This document shows positions 36,917 through 49,900 of a stretch of DNA of 64,000 nucleotides, piece after piece. Every line of letters starts with the position of its first letter. Within the stretch, counting starts at the first letter, position 1. This DNA comes from Eutreptiella sp. 'Long Island Sound 2002' (lineage: Eukaryota; Protista; Euglenida). Under the pieces are notes generated by a model. That model saw nothing but the letters and a program-made list of their open reading frames with translations, was not told where the DNA came from and searched no databases. The stretch lies in NCBI GenBank assembly GCA_964036045.1, contig OZ038379.1, positions 68,448,001-68,512,000 of the forward strand. Reading direction: 5' to 3'. The position numbers and the translations under genes are program-made.

Positions 36917-38670
36917 AAGATCCAAGCCGGGTCACACAACGGGGATCCAAGCTAGTTCACACAATGGAGATCCAAGCCGGTTCACACAATGGGGATCCAA
37001 AGGCGGTTCCGGTAATGGAGATCCAAGCCGGTTCACACAATGGAGATCCAAGCTGGTTCACACAATGGACATCCGAAGACAGCTCACACAATGGAGATCC
37101 ACGCCCCTGCACACAATGGAGGTTCAAACCGGTTCACACAATGGAGATCCAAGCTGGTTCACACAATGGACATCCGAAGACGATTCACACAATGGAGATC
37201 CACGCCCGTTCACACAATGGAGGTTCAAACCGGTTCACACAATGGAGATCCAAGCCGTGGAGATCGGACGCCGGCTCACATAATGGAGGTTCCAGCCGGT
37301 TCACACAATGGAGGTTCAAGCCGGTCCACACAATGGAGATCCGAGACGGTTCACACAATGGAGATCCAAGCAGGTTCACACAATGGAGATCCGAGGACGG
37401 TTCACGTAATGGAGATCCAAGCCGGTTCACGCAACGGACATCCGAAAACAGTTCACACAATGGAGATCCACGCCCGTTCACACAATGGAGGTTCAAACCA
37501 GTTCACACAATGGAGATCCAAGCCGTGGAGATCGGACGCCGGCTCACATAATGGAGGTTCCAGCCGGTTCACACAATGGAGGTTCAAGCCGGTCCACACA
37601 ATGGAGATCCAAAGCCGGTTCACACAATGGAGATCCAAGCAGGTTCACACAATGGAGATCCGAGACGGTTCACACAATGGAGATCCAAGCAGGTTCACAC
37701 AATGGAGATCCGAGGACGGTTCACGTAATGGAGATCCAAGCCGGTTCACGCAACGGACATCCGAAAACAGCTCACACAATGGAGATCCACGCCCGTTCAC
37801 ACAATGGAGGTTCAAACCAGTTCACACAATGGAGATCCAAGCCGTGGAGATCGGACGCCGGCTCACATAATGGAGGTTCCAGCCGGTTCACACAATGGAG
37901 GTTCAAGCCGGTCCACACAATGGAGATCCAAAGCCGGTTCACACAATGGAGATCCAAGCAGGTTCACACAATGGAGATCCGAGACGGTTCACACAATGGA
38001 GATCCAAGCATGTTCACACAATGGAGATCCGAGGACGGTTCACGTAATGGAGATCCAAGCCGGTTCACGCAACGGACATCCGAAAACAGCTCACACAATG
38101 GAGATCCACGCCCGTTCACACAATGGAGGTTCAAACCAGTTCACACAATGGAGATCCAAGCCGTGGAGATCGGACGCCGGCTCACATGATGGAGGTTCCA
38201 GCCGGTTCACACAATGGAGGTTCAAGCCGGTCCACACAATGGAGATCCAAAGCCGGTTCACACAATGGAGATCCAAGCAGGTTCACACAATGGAGATCCG
38301 AGACGGTTCACACAATGGAGATCCAAGCATGTTCACACAATGGAGATCCGAGGACGGTTCACGTAATGGAGATCCAAGCCGGTTCACGCAACGGACATCC
38401 GAAAATAGTTCACACAATGGAGATCCACGCCCGTTCACACAATGGAGGTTCAAACCAGTTCACACAATGGAGATCCAAGCCGTGGAGATCGGACGCCGGC
38501 TCACATAATGGAGGTTCCAGCCGGTTCACACAATGGAGGTTCAAGCCGGTCCACACAATGGAGATCCAAAGCCGGTTCACACAATAGAGATCCAAGCAGG
38601 TTCACACAATGAAGATCCGAGACGGTTCACACAATGGAGATCCAAGCCAGTTCACACAATGGAAATCCAA
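36917..38670. repeat. 25-bp satellite (GCCGGTTCACACAATGGAGATCCAA) with 319-bp higher-order repeat
   Basis: gttcacac at 37031 and 37056. Identical ORF starts recur at 37453/37772/38091/38410 and 37485/37804/38123. Confidence 0.95.
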
Positions 38671-38759
38671 ATTAGCTCACGAGACTTCAGTGGGAATCCC
38701 TTCCAAATTAGATGGCCTTTGTTTTCTTTCGAGCTTTAGCTTCAACAGAAGGCGTACGC

Positions 38760-41100
38760 TTAGCCACGTAGACCTTCTTTGCGGTGCACTCCTTTTTTTG
38801 AGGTGCCAGCATTTACCGCTGCAGCACTAGATTTGGATGAGGAGCTAGATGATGAGGATGTGCTGGAGCTTGAGTTGGAGGAGTCGGAGTCTGAGGCATC
38901 AGAGGCACCCGGACTACTGCCCACTTTCTCCTCATCAGAATTTGAGGCCTCTGATCGGCGGCGTGGATCACAATCAAGATCAGCCATGTCTTGGGTTGCC
39001 ATAGCTTGCTCGGCGTCTTGGTCGCCTAGGTGCAACGCCTGTTGCCGGCATACATCCTCTTCGGCCTTACCTGGTTTGGCCGCTGCCTCCCGTTGCAATT
39101 TCGACTCACCGCGGAGTTTTTTGCTAGTTTTCGGTTCCTTGTGCCTTATTGGCAGCACGTGCTACCTTTTGCGTTGCATTGTTGGCGATTGCCCCTACCT
39201 CCAAAGTGCGTTGCTCAGCCGCGGAGCGCCGCCACACTTCTTGCTCCGAGGGAGAGGCTTCAAAGTTGGAGTGGTGTTCATCCACCTTCATGTGCTACTC
39301 CATGTTGTATGAGAACACCCAATCAGGACATCCTGCTACAGAGCACTTGATTGGCTCGTTGTGTACAACTAGTTTACACAATGATGCCACATAAAGCTTC
39401 ACGAAGCATCCGTGAACACAAGATGCAGCCGTTGGCTGAAAATATGCTTTGGAGGTCTTCACCTTGTTCATTACAAGGTGGCAACGCCCATGTGTACATG
39501 GGCACATGGTGGTGCCGCGGCAATTGGTATCTCCCCTCGACCAATGTGATATGCCATGTGCTGAAACATTTTCTTTACGTGTACCTCCATGTACGGCCCG
39601 GATACACAAAGCCTCGAAGCCTAACTTCCAATGTTGTACTCCGTTGTCTGGTTCTGTGACCTCAACCATCGGCCGTTGCAACACAACATTTCCCCTCACA
39701 CTAGCACATGGGGAACATGGTACAATGCACCCGTGGAATCATAGGATTCGTCGCTTGTACACGGTGGGTCTACCGATTCCAAGCCCAAGACATCAACTAG
39801 ACGCCATGAGGCCTTCTCATGTCCGTGGCGTAGTAGTGGATATGCCCGGTGTAAATGGTTTGCATCTTTGATTCCAAATGCCAGCACTGTCGGACAAGGT
39901 GGGGGTGGGAGTGGCAATTCTGCAGGCACAACGGATTGCTCGGTAATTGGGATGCTTGTCGCTGTACGCATGGTAAGAGTCCATTGCGGGCTGGGATTCC
40001 CACTGGACCGGTTTGCCGGGGAGAAAGTCAACAAGGTGCGTTCCCGTGGTTTAATGGGGCCATTCTCTTGCATGAAGCGCAAGTGTTCCTAGCGGGTCTT
40101 GCAGTGTTGCTCAAACATGCTAATGCTTGGCCGCACTGACCTGGACAACTTTTTCCCGCACAAGCAAAACCAATGGTCACCATTAGAAGAATTGTAAGCC
40201 TTTTGGTATTCTTGCTCATTGTTTCCAGGCCAAACTACTTGCGCAGAAGAATCTGAAAAGAAATACTTCGGAGCATGGGTGCTTGCAATGTACGTAGTAC
40301 GCCGAGGGTGCGCAATACTTCATGCACATCAGCAGGAGTGGCGATGATATGTGCATATTGTAGCATTGATGTAATAGCTGCACAATCCTGAGTAACCTTC
40401 CGACGGATGTCGTGAACAGGTCAACGGCCCAATGTGCCCTTGGTGAGTGTGCTTGGCATAATTTTGGCTCTAACCGCAACTGTCCCAATTCGGCACGCTT
40501 GGGCCTCATTGGATGAGGTGGCCACCCGTGCCAAACCATCGGGAAGTAGCACAGCGTCGACAAGGTCCGCAAGAGTGGAAAACTCGGTATAGAGTGCACG
40601 GCCACTTGGAGCCCGGGGAGATCCTTGTACATCAACATAAAAGCATCGGTCATTCCTGCTCCCCACACCAATCAAGAAACCCTCGTACTCCATCAAAAAG
40701 CAAATGCGCAGGGTTGCTGGAGGAGGGGTGGTTGCAAGGCACAGCAAAGTTTCCTTGGCTTTATGCAAAGAAATGAATTCCGTATCTTCAAAGGAGGTGA
40801 AAGGCAACAACTTCACTTGGAATGATGCACCAGTGCAACTAGCACGCAACCCGCCACCTCGTGTGATCCAAGTGGTTTCCGCCCCAATAGCAACACAAAT
40901 GGGCTCTCGGAGCGTGTACCCCATGACCGGCATAGATGTTGAAGACAATGCCGTTGTCAACAACGTTGTAGAAGTCCTGTATGAGGTAGTGGCGCCCAAA
41001 AGAGGAAGGTCCAGCACGCTAAATGGGCTCACAACGCCACTACATTGCACCCCACCAAAGTCCAACAAGCCCACATCGGGGTTCAACATTGCTTGCACAA
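38760..41100 (-). pseudogene. Decayed transposon-associated gene: papain-like (herpes-tegument C76-like) segment, Cys/His finger and Ser/acidic tail
   Basis: FLIGVGSRNDRCFYVDVQGS..ALYTEFSTLADLVD (40421-41098); NEPIKCSVAGCPDWVFSYNME*HM (~39290-39350); poly-Ser/Asp tail 38760-39158. Confidence 0.35.
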
Positions 41101-44100
41101 AACCAGTTGAAACGTTGCCGATTCAACTAGGGTCGTAAAAAAACCTGCAACAAGGGAACAATATGAAGCACTATGGCATGCAAAAGAGGGATCCCGAACC
41201 CTCACTTATGCCACACGTAGTTTGCTACCTCTGCTATTGCCGAACCCTCACCTATGCCACACCTAGTTTGCTACCTGTGCTATTGCTACTATTCCTAGAA
41301 AAAGTGGAAGGTCATTTTGACCAATTTTACCCTAAGCCAAACCTCTTAGGGCCCCACTGCCAGCACCCTCGCTTTGTGGTGGCTGAACTTTGGGCCGACA
41401 GGGATATGTAGGGGTCAAAATTTGTAACGGCAACATAGGGAACGTTTGGGGTCCTCAAAGCAATATGTAGGCTACGCTTACACAATATGAAAAAGCCACT
41501 AGTGGTGTTCTTTAGAGAAAAATTGGGGTTGCTAAACTTTTTTACACATAGAGGTGGGATGTTTTTGTTCGGGCCGTACCCCCCCTAGTGGGGGGGGGGG
41601 GGATGAAAAAACGGTGATACCGCGAATTTCTTTGCCCCCCCCCCCCCGTGATCGAACCATAGTCTCCACCGTTGGTCGTGTAGGTGAGTGCCGGCTGCCT
41701 CAGAAGAGTGCAATTCAAGGCGTACGTTCGGCCACAATGGACGCACAATGCGGACAAGCCAACCTCTAAAACGCTCAAATGCAGCGGGAGCAAGACTGTT
41801 CAGCACAGGGGGCCTGAGTTCTATCTCGAGGAGACACACATCTAATTGTAGATGTACATATTGCGGGTGCTGCAGCTTCTAGGCGCACAACTTCTTCTAT
41901 ATGGATCGCCTCCATCTACGACGGATTTGATTGCAGTGCCCGGCGCCACTGCGCTTTCCCATTGTGAAGATCTATGGGCTGATCGAGGGACGGAGAGCCA
42001 CGAAAAGAGCATAGGATAGAAGAGAGGGGTGAGAATCACATCTACCACGAACTGCTCCGTGCGGACCTTGTGTAAAAAGAATGAGACAGTTAAGTGACAA
42101 CGGTAAAGGGATGTGAAATAAAGAGAATTTACTTCCCTAGGTTCGCTAGACGTCTAGGTTTGGATCAAGTGGTTGTGATTCGTGTATGTCGAACTGTGGA
42201 ATGCACACCCTGGCCCGAATGAGGAAGCGAATCATAGGAAGACAACAGTTGTTCAGGTACCTGTGTGGTGTGGTGGTTGGCACGTGCTGGGGCCATCACC
42301 CCATGAGAAAAGGCATGGGGGGGGGGGGCGGTTCCGAGAGAGACATATGAGATCGACAAGCAATGCACAGAAGCGATGATGGAACCGGCACACCAATGAA
42401 CGAGGATGTTTCCAAGGCAGGAAAATTTGAAGAATGAAAAGGGTGGTTGATTTGAGGCAGCGTGTTTCGAGTACTGGAAATGGATAGTTCATGGAGCGGA
42501 CGGGGGATGACCGCGATAACATGTGACGCACAATCGCTGAGTTGAATTCATCATGACCGGTTGAAATCTATTGTTCTTGGTAATTCAACATACAGTGGAT
42601 TACCCCACAAAGAGTGAATCAAGCGTGCAAACAGGCGACCAAAAGAACAAGAACGACTATAGTTCCGCAAATGAGAGTTAAATGTGAGATTTGTAGCATC
42701 ACCCGTGTCTGATGTAATGGGCCAACTAGTAACCGATACTAACCAATATATCTCCACCTTGCGGGCTACACATCGTCAAATGACGAGTAAGACGATTAAA
42801 GTGAATTGCTTGCCAGCCAACGCGGCAGAAGTGGTAGACAGAAACCAACCAGGGGAGACACCGACCCAATCCTCCGTTGCTCCTCACCCTGAGACCCAGC
42901 GAGGACACAAGGGGGGTGGTAATGGCTCATTGAGCATGGAGGACAATGGGGGATGGGTCCCCATGGAACTTCTCGGTCCTCTCCGGGACCCCCCTTTTCC
43001 GGTCTGTTCGCGGTGTCCCGTTGTCCACCGGGCCCCCACACCACGACAAGGTCACCGGCCCTAAGGTTTGAGAGGGCGTGGAGGGAGGCGGGGGATCCCA
43101 GCCCACCCCAAAAGCGCCCCCCTCTAAGGGCACCCCCCTCGTTGTGACGGGGTAGAGTGGGATGGGGCCAAATCCTTTGACGGCCAAAATTGAAAGTGGA
43201 AGGTGATAGCATTTTTGGCCTAGCTAGATGATTACTATTTATTCTCGATGGTTGTTGTTCAAAACATATTCAACACGTTGCGGCCTACAAAAAGAATGGG
43301 ATGGCACAGGACACAGCTAGGGCCATGTTGGCCAAGCTGCAACCTCCAATAACACATGGTGTCTTGTGCCCTGAGCCTTGTACACATCAAAGCAGTTGAA
43401 AGGCACCAAGCAGCAATTCAAAATACAGAGTGCTAAGGTATGCGACCCCACCCCAGCCCAAAAGCCCCCCCCCCATGTATAAGAACCCCCCCCCCCCTTT
43501 CTGTGAAAGGCAAGCCACATGGCCGCCGTCAGCACCACACCTATACCCCACACGGAACGGCCAAGAACCCCAACCTGCCGGCTCGGGAGAAATCCCCAAT
43601 CAGGCCTCTTGCCCTCGACTTTGACGGTGTTCCGGGCCCCCGTGGTCACAGCACAACACCCGAACCGGTTCGACTCCCATCCTCCCCTCCATGCCTAAGT
43701 GATCTAGGCCTTCAGTGTATGGCCGATAGTGTTGACAGCTAGCTTCTCCCCGGCACATTCCGTATTAGCTTTCCTGCACACCCCATTTCCTGCCAGGTCT
43801 AGCTCGAGCCCCTCCTCCCCGGCGGGACGCCAAACCTCTACCTCATGCAGTGAGAGGGGGACCCCCCCAGAAAGACGGCCCCGCTCCCCAGCACGTAGGC
43901 TATTGTTCCAGAGAGGCGCTAACCGCATCCCCTCGACCTCCTGTAGTGAACAGTGCGAGTGCCAGTTTCTGCCGGAATGTCTCATGAGCTCGTGGTGCAT
44001 TGTGAGGCTTGTCCCTGGTGCAGGGGTATATAGACGGTGCGCTATAGTTGGTCGTGCACTCTTCGTCAATCCCACGGGAGGTGGTTCAAACCCCGGGGAG

Positions 44101-45129
44101 GATATGATACCACCGAAGGATCCGCGTCTCCAGAGGCTGATGTTTTTCGAGTTTAGGGATCAAAGGCCACGTTTTCATGTCGCATATGAATAGTAAGATA
44201 CGAGCATACCTGAAAGTGCACGGGGGCCCGGCCCCACATTGCGCTCCGTCATCGCGGCCCGTCGCGGACCGTGGAGGCGACGGCGCCGGCCACCCCATGA
44301 ACAGCTGTTGTTCTTGGTATACCGAAAAAGTGCGACCACAAAACGCCGCTGTTGGGATTTTCCATTGTCGGGTGGTGGTCTGTGTTTTGGGTTTCTCTAC
44401 CACATCGGTGGCGTAGCATACTGGAAGTGCACAGGGGCTTCGTCCCGGAGGGCGTAGGTTCGATGCCCGGCGTGGTGACAATGGCACCGGCGGCCCTCCT
44501 CTTGCTTTTCTTGATTGAGCCGAACACTCTAACGGGAAACTCGCGCGTGTGAGGAGAAATGCACGATAATGCACACATCGTCGTGGCACTCTAGTGGACA
44601 GCCACCCGGCCCTGGGTTCCCTGGGGGTATATTCGAATCCTGGGGGCTCATAGTGGGTGGGTTGGCAACACAGTCCATAGATATCTCCCTCCTGTCGGCC
44701 ACTTTTTTTTGCACTTATTTTGACCCTCATAGACAAAGGACACCGTATCTTCCTGTCTTGCAGTTTCTTCCCTGGATCCTTCAGGTGGTACACCGGGGGT
44801 GACGGCCGTCGACAGGTTATGGCTTCGCCCTGTTTGTGTTAGTACTGTCTGTCTTGTTTGCTATGTTGTCGGGTTCATGAAGGTCCTAGTCGGCGCCACG
44901 CAGTTCTTGTGGTGTACATATCATGCTCTATCTTAGCAATTGAATGTAGCATAGCACTTGGATTGTGTGCTGATTCTTGGAACATTGGCTGGAATTTCCG
45001 GGGCGGGAGCATCCAATATCTGTTACCGACCATGATTGAGCAAGTGGGAAGGGTTGGGAAGCCCCCGCCCGCCATGTGAAATTGGCTCCGCCTAGGCTAA
45101 GAAAAGGACAGTCATGGATGTCGGTGCGA

Positions 45130-46930
45130 AGGCAGGGTTCGCAAACTGACAACACGAAATGTCCAAGTGAAGGCGGTGGCTCACTAAACGATAATAGTGG
45201 AGGTGCAAATGGTGCCAGGGCCTACTTGAATGACAAGCATGGATGTACACCTGACAGCAGTGGCTCACGAATTGACGATAGTGGATTTGTGACTGATATC
45301 AGTGGCTCACAATGTGACAACATTGCATGTTTAACCAATAGCAATGGTTCATTGTCTGATGACAGTGGATGTGTGGTTGACGACAGTAGCTCACAAACTA
45401 ACAACAACTGATATCTAATCAACCGTGGTAGCTGAGTAATTCACCACATTGACACAATAACTAGCAATACAGAATATGTGACTAATGGCAGTGGTTGACT
45501 AACAAACAACACTGGGTAGCCAATTGACGGCGGTAGCTCAATAATTGACCACATTGGATGTGTAACTGACGGCACTTGCTCACTAACCGACAACACTGGA
45601 TGTGCAACTGACGACGGTGGCTCACTAATTGACAACACAGGATGAGAAAATGATGGTAGTGCCTCATTAACTGACAACAATGATGTGCCACTAGCATCAG
45701 TGGCTCACTAAATGACAACAGTGGGTGGGCAACTGACGGCATTGGCCTCGCTACAAACAACACTAGACGTGAAGCCGACAGGAGTGCGTCGCTAACTGAC
45801 AGCGGCGTATCTGCGAACCAGGGCAGTAGCTCAATAACTGACAGCACTGGACGTCTAACCGAAGGCACTGGTTCGCCAATTGACAACACTGGATGTGTGA
45901 CTTCGCTCAAACACAACAATAGGGTATGTATCACTGACGGCAGTGGCTCACAAACTGACAACGGTGGATATCTAATGGACAGGAGTGGCTCGCTCACTGA
46001 CAAAGGTGGATGTCTCATTGACGACAATGGCTTGCGAACTGACAACCGTGTAAATCTGACTGAAGGCAGTAGGCGATTGCTTAGAGACATTGAGGGTGGG
46101 GGGTGGGGGGTTATTTGGGGGCCTGGCCAAGCCTAGACAACCCACCCACCCATCCACATCAGAAAAAAAATCCTCGGGCCAAAAATGGAATTTGGTAAAG
46201 GGGCCCTAACCCTAACTTGACAATAGTGAATGTCTACTTGATGACAGTAGCTTACTAGAAGACAACAGTGGATGTCTAACTGACGGCAGTGGGTCACTGA
46301 GTGACGACAATGAATGCGCAAAAAACGGCATTGGCTCCCTAGCTCACAAAATTGGATCTGTCAATAACGGCGGTGGCTCACTAACTGACAACATGACAAC
46401 AATGGATGCCCAAATGACTTCCGTGGCTAGCTGACTACCAGTGGTGGATGTCTACCGGTGGATGTCTAACCAATGGCAGTGGCTCACTAATTCACGACAG
46501 TGGATGTGCAACTGACAACATTCATTCACTCATTGACAAGAGTGGATGTGTAACTGAATGCAGTGGGTCACAAACTGACAACAGTGGATGTCTAACTGAC
46601 AGCGGTGGCTCACTAACTGACAAGAGTAGATGTGTAATTGAAGGCAGTGGCTCTCCAGCTGACGGTGGTGGCTCACTAACTGACAACAGTGGGTGTGTAA
46701 CTGACAGCAGTGGTTCACTAAATGACAACAGTGCATCTCCAACGACCTGCAACTGACGGCCGTGGCTAACTCACTGACAACAGTGGCCCAACTGATGGCA
46801 CTGGCTCACTAACTGACAACAGTAGATTTTGTAACTGACGGCAGTGGGTCAATGACTGGCAGTAGTAGCTGTCCAACTGATGCCGGTGCCTGTTTTATTG
46901 ATGGCAGTTGCTGTCCAACCGAAGGCAGCT
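45130..46930. repeat. 21-bp minisatellite with a 42-bp dimer (gacagcggtggctcactaact/gacaacagtggatgtgtaact)
   Basis: 7-aa periodicity in ORFs 45076 and 46448 (TDNSGCL/TDSGGSL). Interrupted at ~46090-46216. Confidence 0.85.
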
Positions 46931-49900
46931 GCTTTGAACTAATGGTTGTGACAGTCCTGGGTGCACTGGCCGGAAGTGGCCCTCAGACTGATAACAGGGG
47001 ATAACTTATTGACTGCAGTGCCTGTCTCATTGACGACAGTGGTTGTCGAACTGGCTGCATGCACAATCAAACAGAAAAAAGAGAAAGATGTCTTTCAGAA
47101 TAATGGTTCAAGAGTTCTGGTGATCCCTCGTCCAGTGTATGGTTACTGAGGGTGGATTCCCATTTGATGCATGACCCATGAAAATATGAACAATGGTACA
47201 GGGTGGATTTTGATGCGTGCTGGTGCACACTGATGCATGTTGGTGATGTGGCCGACTGACCGACAACAGACTGACCGACAACAGGGGGCAAAGCACAGTT
47301 TCGACGTCAAGTAGGTATCAATTCGTTCAAACTCTGAGTTCTAAAAGTTTTCAAACAACCAACGAGACATTGGCAGTCGGCTGTTTGACGGCAGTGGGTG
47401 TCTGACAAAAATGCAGCAAATCAAAAATAGGGGGTCTGTGAAATGGGAGTTTGTTCAACAGTTGTGCACGGAATGCTGCAAATCATTACGTCTCCCTTGG
47501 GTAAACAGCAGCACAAACTAAACCATCAGGACTGGCCATAGGTACGCCCAGATACCACATCAACAAAATACGTACAATACGACCATGTGTTGCATGTGCA
47601 GCATTGTCATGCATGCATCCCCATGCTGATCTGTTCTATGACCCACTCGTGGCAAAGTCAAATGCACAGTCGTATCATTTTGCCCTCAGCCATTGATGCA
47701 CTCCTCTGTTGGTAGCCATGTCATCCAAAGCACAATGCCTTTTCGACTCCAAATCCTCACGTCTCAGCGTGCCACTGTAATTGTTGACTGATCAAACTAG
47801 GCACCCCCCCCCCTTTGCGCTAACATGCCTTCGTCCAGACACCGCAACCCTGTGGTGTTGCACTTCCACTGCCTCTGGCCTGTGTTGGCGCAAGGTTGGG
47901 GGGGGGGGGGCAGAATCAGACAGTAAGAGCGCTCTGTCGGAAGAGGCGCAAATATCTCTCGCACTGGTAAGCGCACAATTCCCAGCCCTGTTCCGCCCTT
48001 TGCGCAGCAATGAGAATCCAGGACTCGGTGGCCACACCCCTACTGTCTCTTGGACAGGGCGAATCTTGGTACTCTGCTCTACTTCTTCGCTCATTCAATG
48101 ACTGGATGGGAACGCAACAACGCAGTTCTTGAACTGTGGATACTTGACCCCCTTCCCCATACCCCCGCATTGTGCACTGGTCTGAGTTTTGCAGTGCGGT
48201 TTTGTGTAGCAACTGTGGTAAAGCAGGAAGGGCAGCCGCCACCTGCAGTTGGCTGAGACACAGGATTCATTAGCTCCTGCTGCAGCGTGTGAAGCCTTTG
48301 AATAGTCTTCTGCAGTTTGTCATTGTATTCATCCCTGAGGCACGTGAACGATGTAGGTCATGCAAATGCCAATAATCGTGAAGCATGAAGGAATAAGTTT
48401 GGGGCTATTGGTTCATTTGTGTCGGGGTTTCCTCCGCTTCAGGACACAGCGTCGACACCAGGTCGCCTCCATACCCCCACCCCCATGTACCCTCCCGGCG
48501 TTCGATTCCCAGACACACTGGAGGACTTCCAAGAGCTCATGCGCCAGGCCCGGGAGTTGCACTGTGGCCACGCTGGTTTACCCATGGACTATTCAAGGCT
48601 GGCAGTGCCCACAGACATCAGCTACCTGGCGGATGACACGGACTTCGTCTGGTGGCCGGTACTAGGCCATTCGGCGCGGACCAAATGCTGAGCACCGCAA
48701 CATCCGGGGAAAGGCGAGCATGGATAGACCACCAGAGGGCTAGCGAGGCCGCTGCCGCCGCTGGTGCCCGCTGCTCTAGTCGGAGGTGCGCCCACCGGAA
48801 CCGACAACACGACAGGTTGGCTGCTGTGAAGATGCGGTCCCCGAACCCCAGGTCGCACTCAAGCAGGAGGTGCGTACGCAGCCTGGGGAGGTGCCAGCGC
48901 TCTCCCCCCCCCCCCCTCCGGCAACGGGTGTCCAGACCAATGAGCACCCAGCCAAGGTTGCCCTCAGATGGGCGGCCCACTTGCCGCACCATGTTGGTGG
49001 GGTAGCTTGGCGGGTACGGGCTGCACAACCTAGGGTCCCTTGGCGCTCAGCACCTTGTGGGCCCAAGGACTAATTCAGCTCCCCATCTAATAGCTGGACA
49101 CCTACCCCCGTCGTCCTTAGGAACGCCGCTGCGTCGCCCACCACCTCCCATCGACGGTGGGAGGTGTAGGTTGACGGTGGCGGCCGACAGGCCCCTTGCG
49201 GGTTCTTCTACCTTCACGCATAGGGAGTGCTCCTGCAGGTGGGCCCGGACCTAGGAGCGGAGACAATCCAGTGATGGAGCACGATGGCCAGGTCACCACC
49301 AGTGAACACCGGCCCTGCCTTGATGACATACAGCACGATGCGGAGCCATGCTGGTGTGAAAACCGGGCCTAGCACCTGCAAGTGGACAACATCGGGCTCC
49401 GCGCACACGAAATAGGCGATGAGGCACGGTACTTTGCGCGGCACCAAGCCAAGCCCCCCATGGTTGACCATAGTCACGTGGAAGCACTCCATGTTCGGCG
49501 GCCGCTGGGCTAGGTGCTCCAGTGGGTCTTGCTAGAAGCGGCCGGGCCACGACTCGTAGTCAGTTGGGGGGGCTGGGGGGGGGGCAGCTGGCGGAGCACA
49601 CCACAAGCCCCGAAGGCGACCTAGGGGCAAGGCCCCAGCCACGCACCCCTCCCCGGACATCCGCACTGTCCCTGGCTTGTGATCGCCACCGCTACCGGCC
49701 GTGTGGCATCTAGGCGGTTGCATAGCAAGCCGGGCTGTGGAGTGTCCTAAGGGGGGGAGGGGGGCACACTCCCGCCGTCCGCAGCCCACCACAACTAGCG
49801 CAATGCCCACCAAGAATGTATGGCAAGGCCCCGGTCACTCGTTGACACCGGTCGCAGTTCACGATGATGGTCACCCTGGTCATAGGTCCACTCCGCAAAG

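Noticed and set aside
36736-38587. ORFs of 230-276 aa
   Set aside because: They are translations of the satellite array.
36917-38670. CRISPR-like array
   Set aside because: There are no unique spacers. The units are contiguous variants with a higher-order repeat, the context is eukaryotic, and there are no cas genes.
36105-41660. Oppositely oriented G/C-run repeats at 36105-36210 and 41570-41660 as TIRs of a 5.5-kb element
   Set aside because: The similarity is mostly homopolymer runs, and no target duplication was found.
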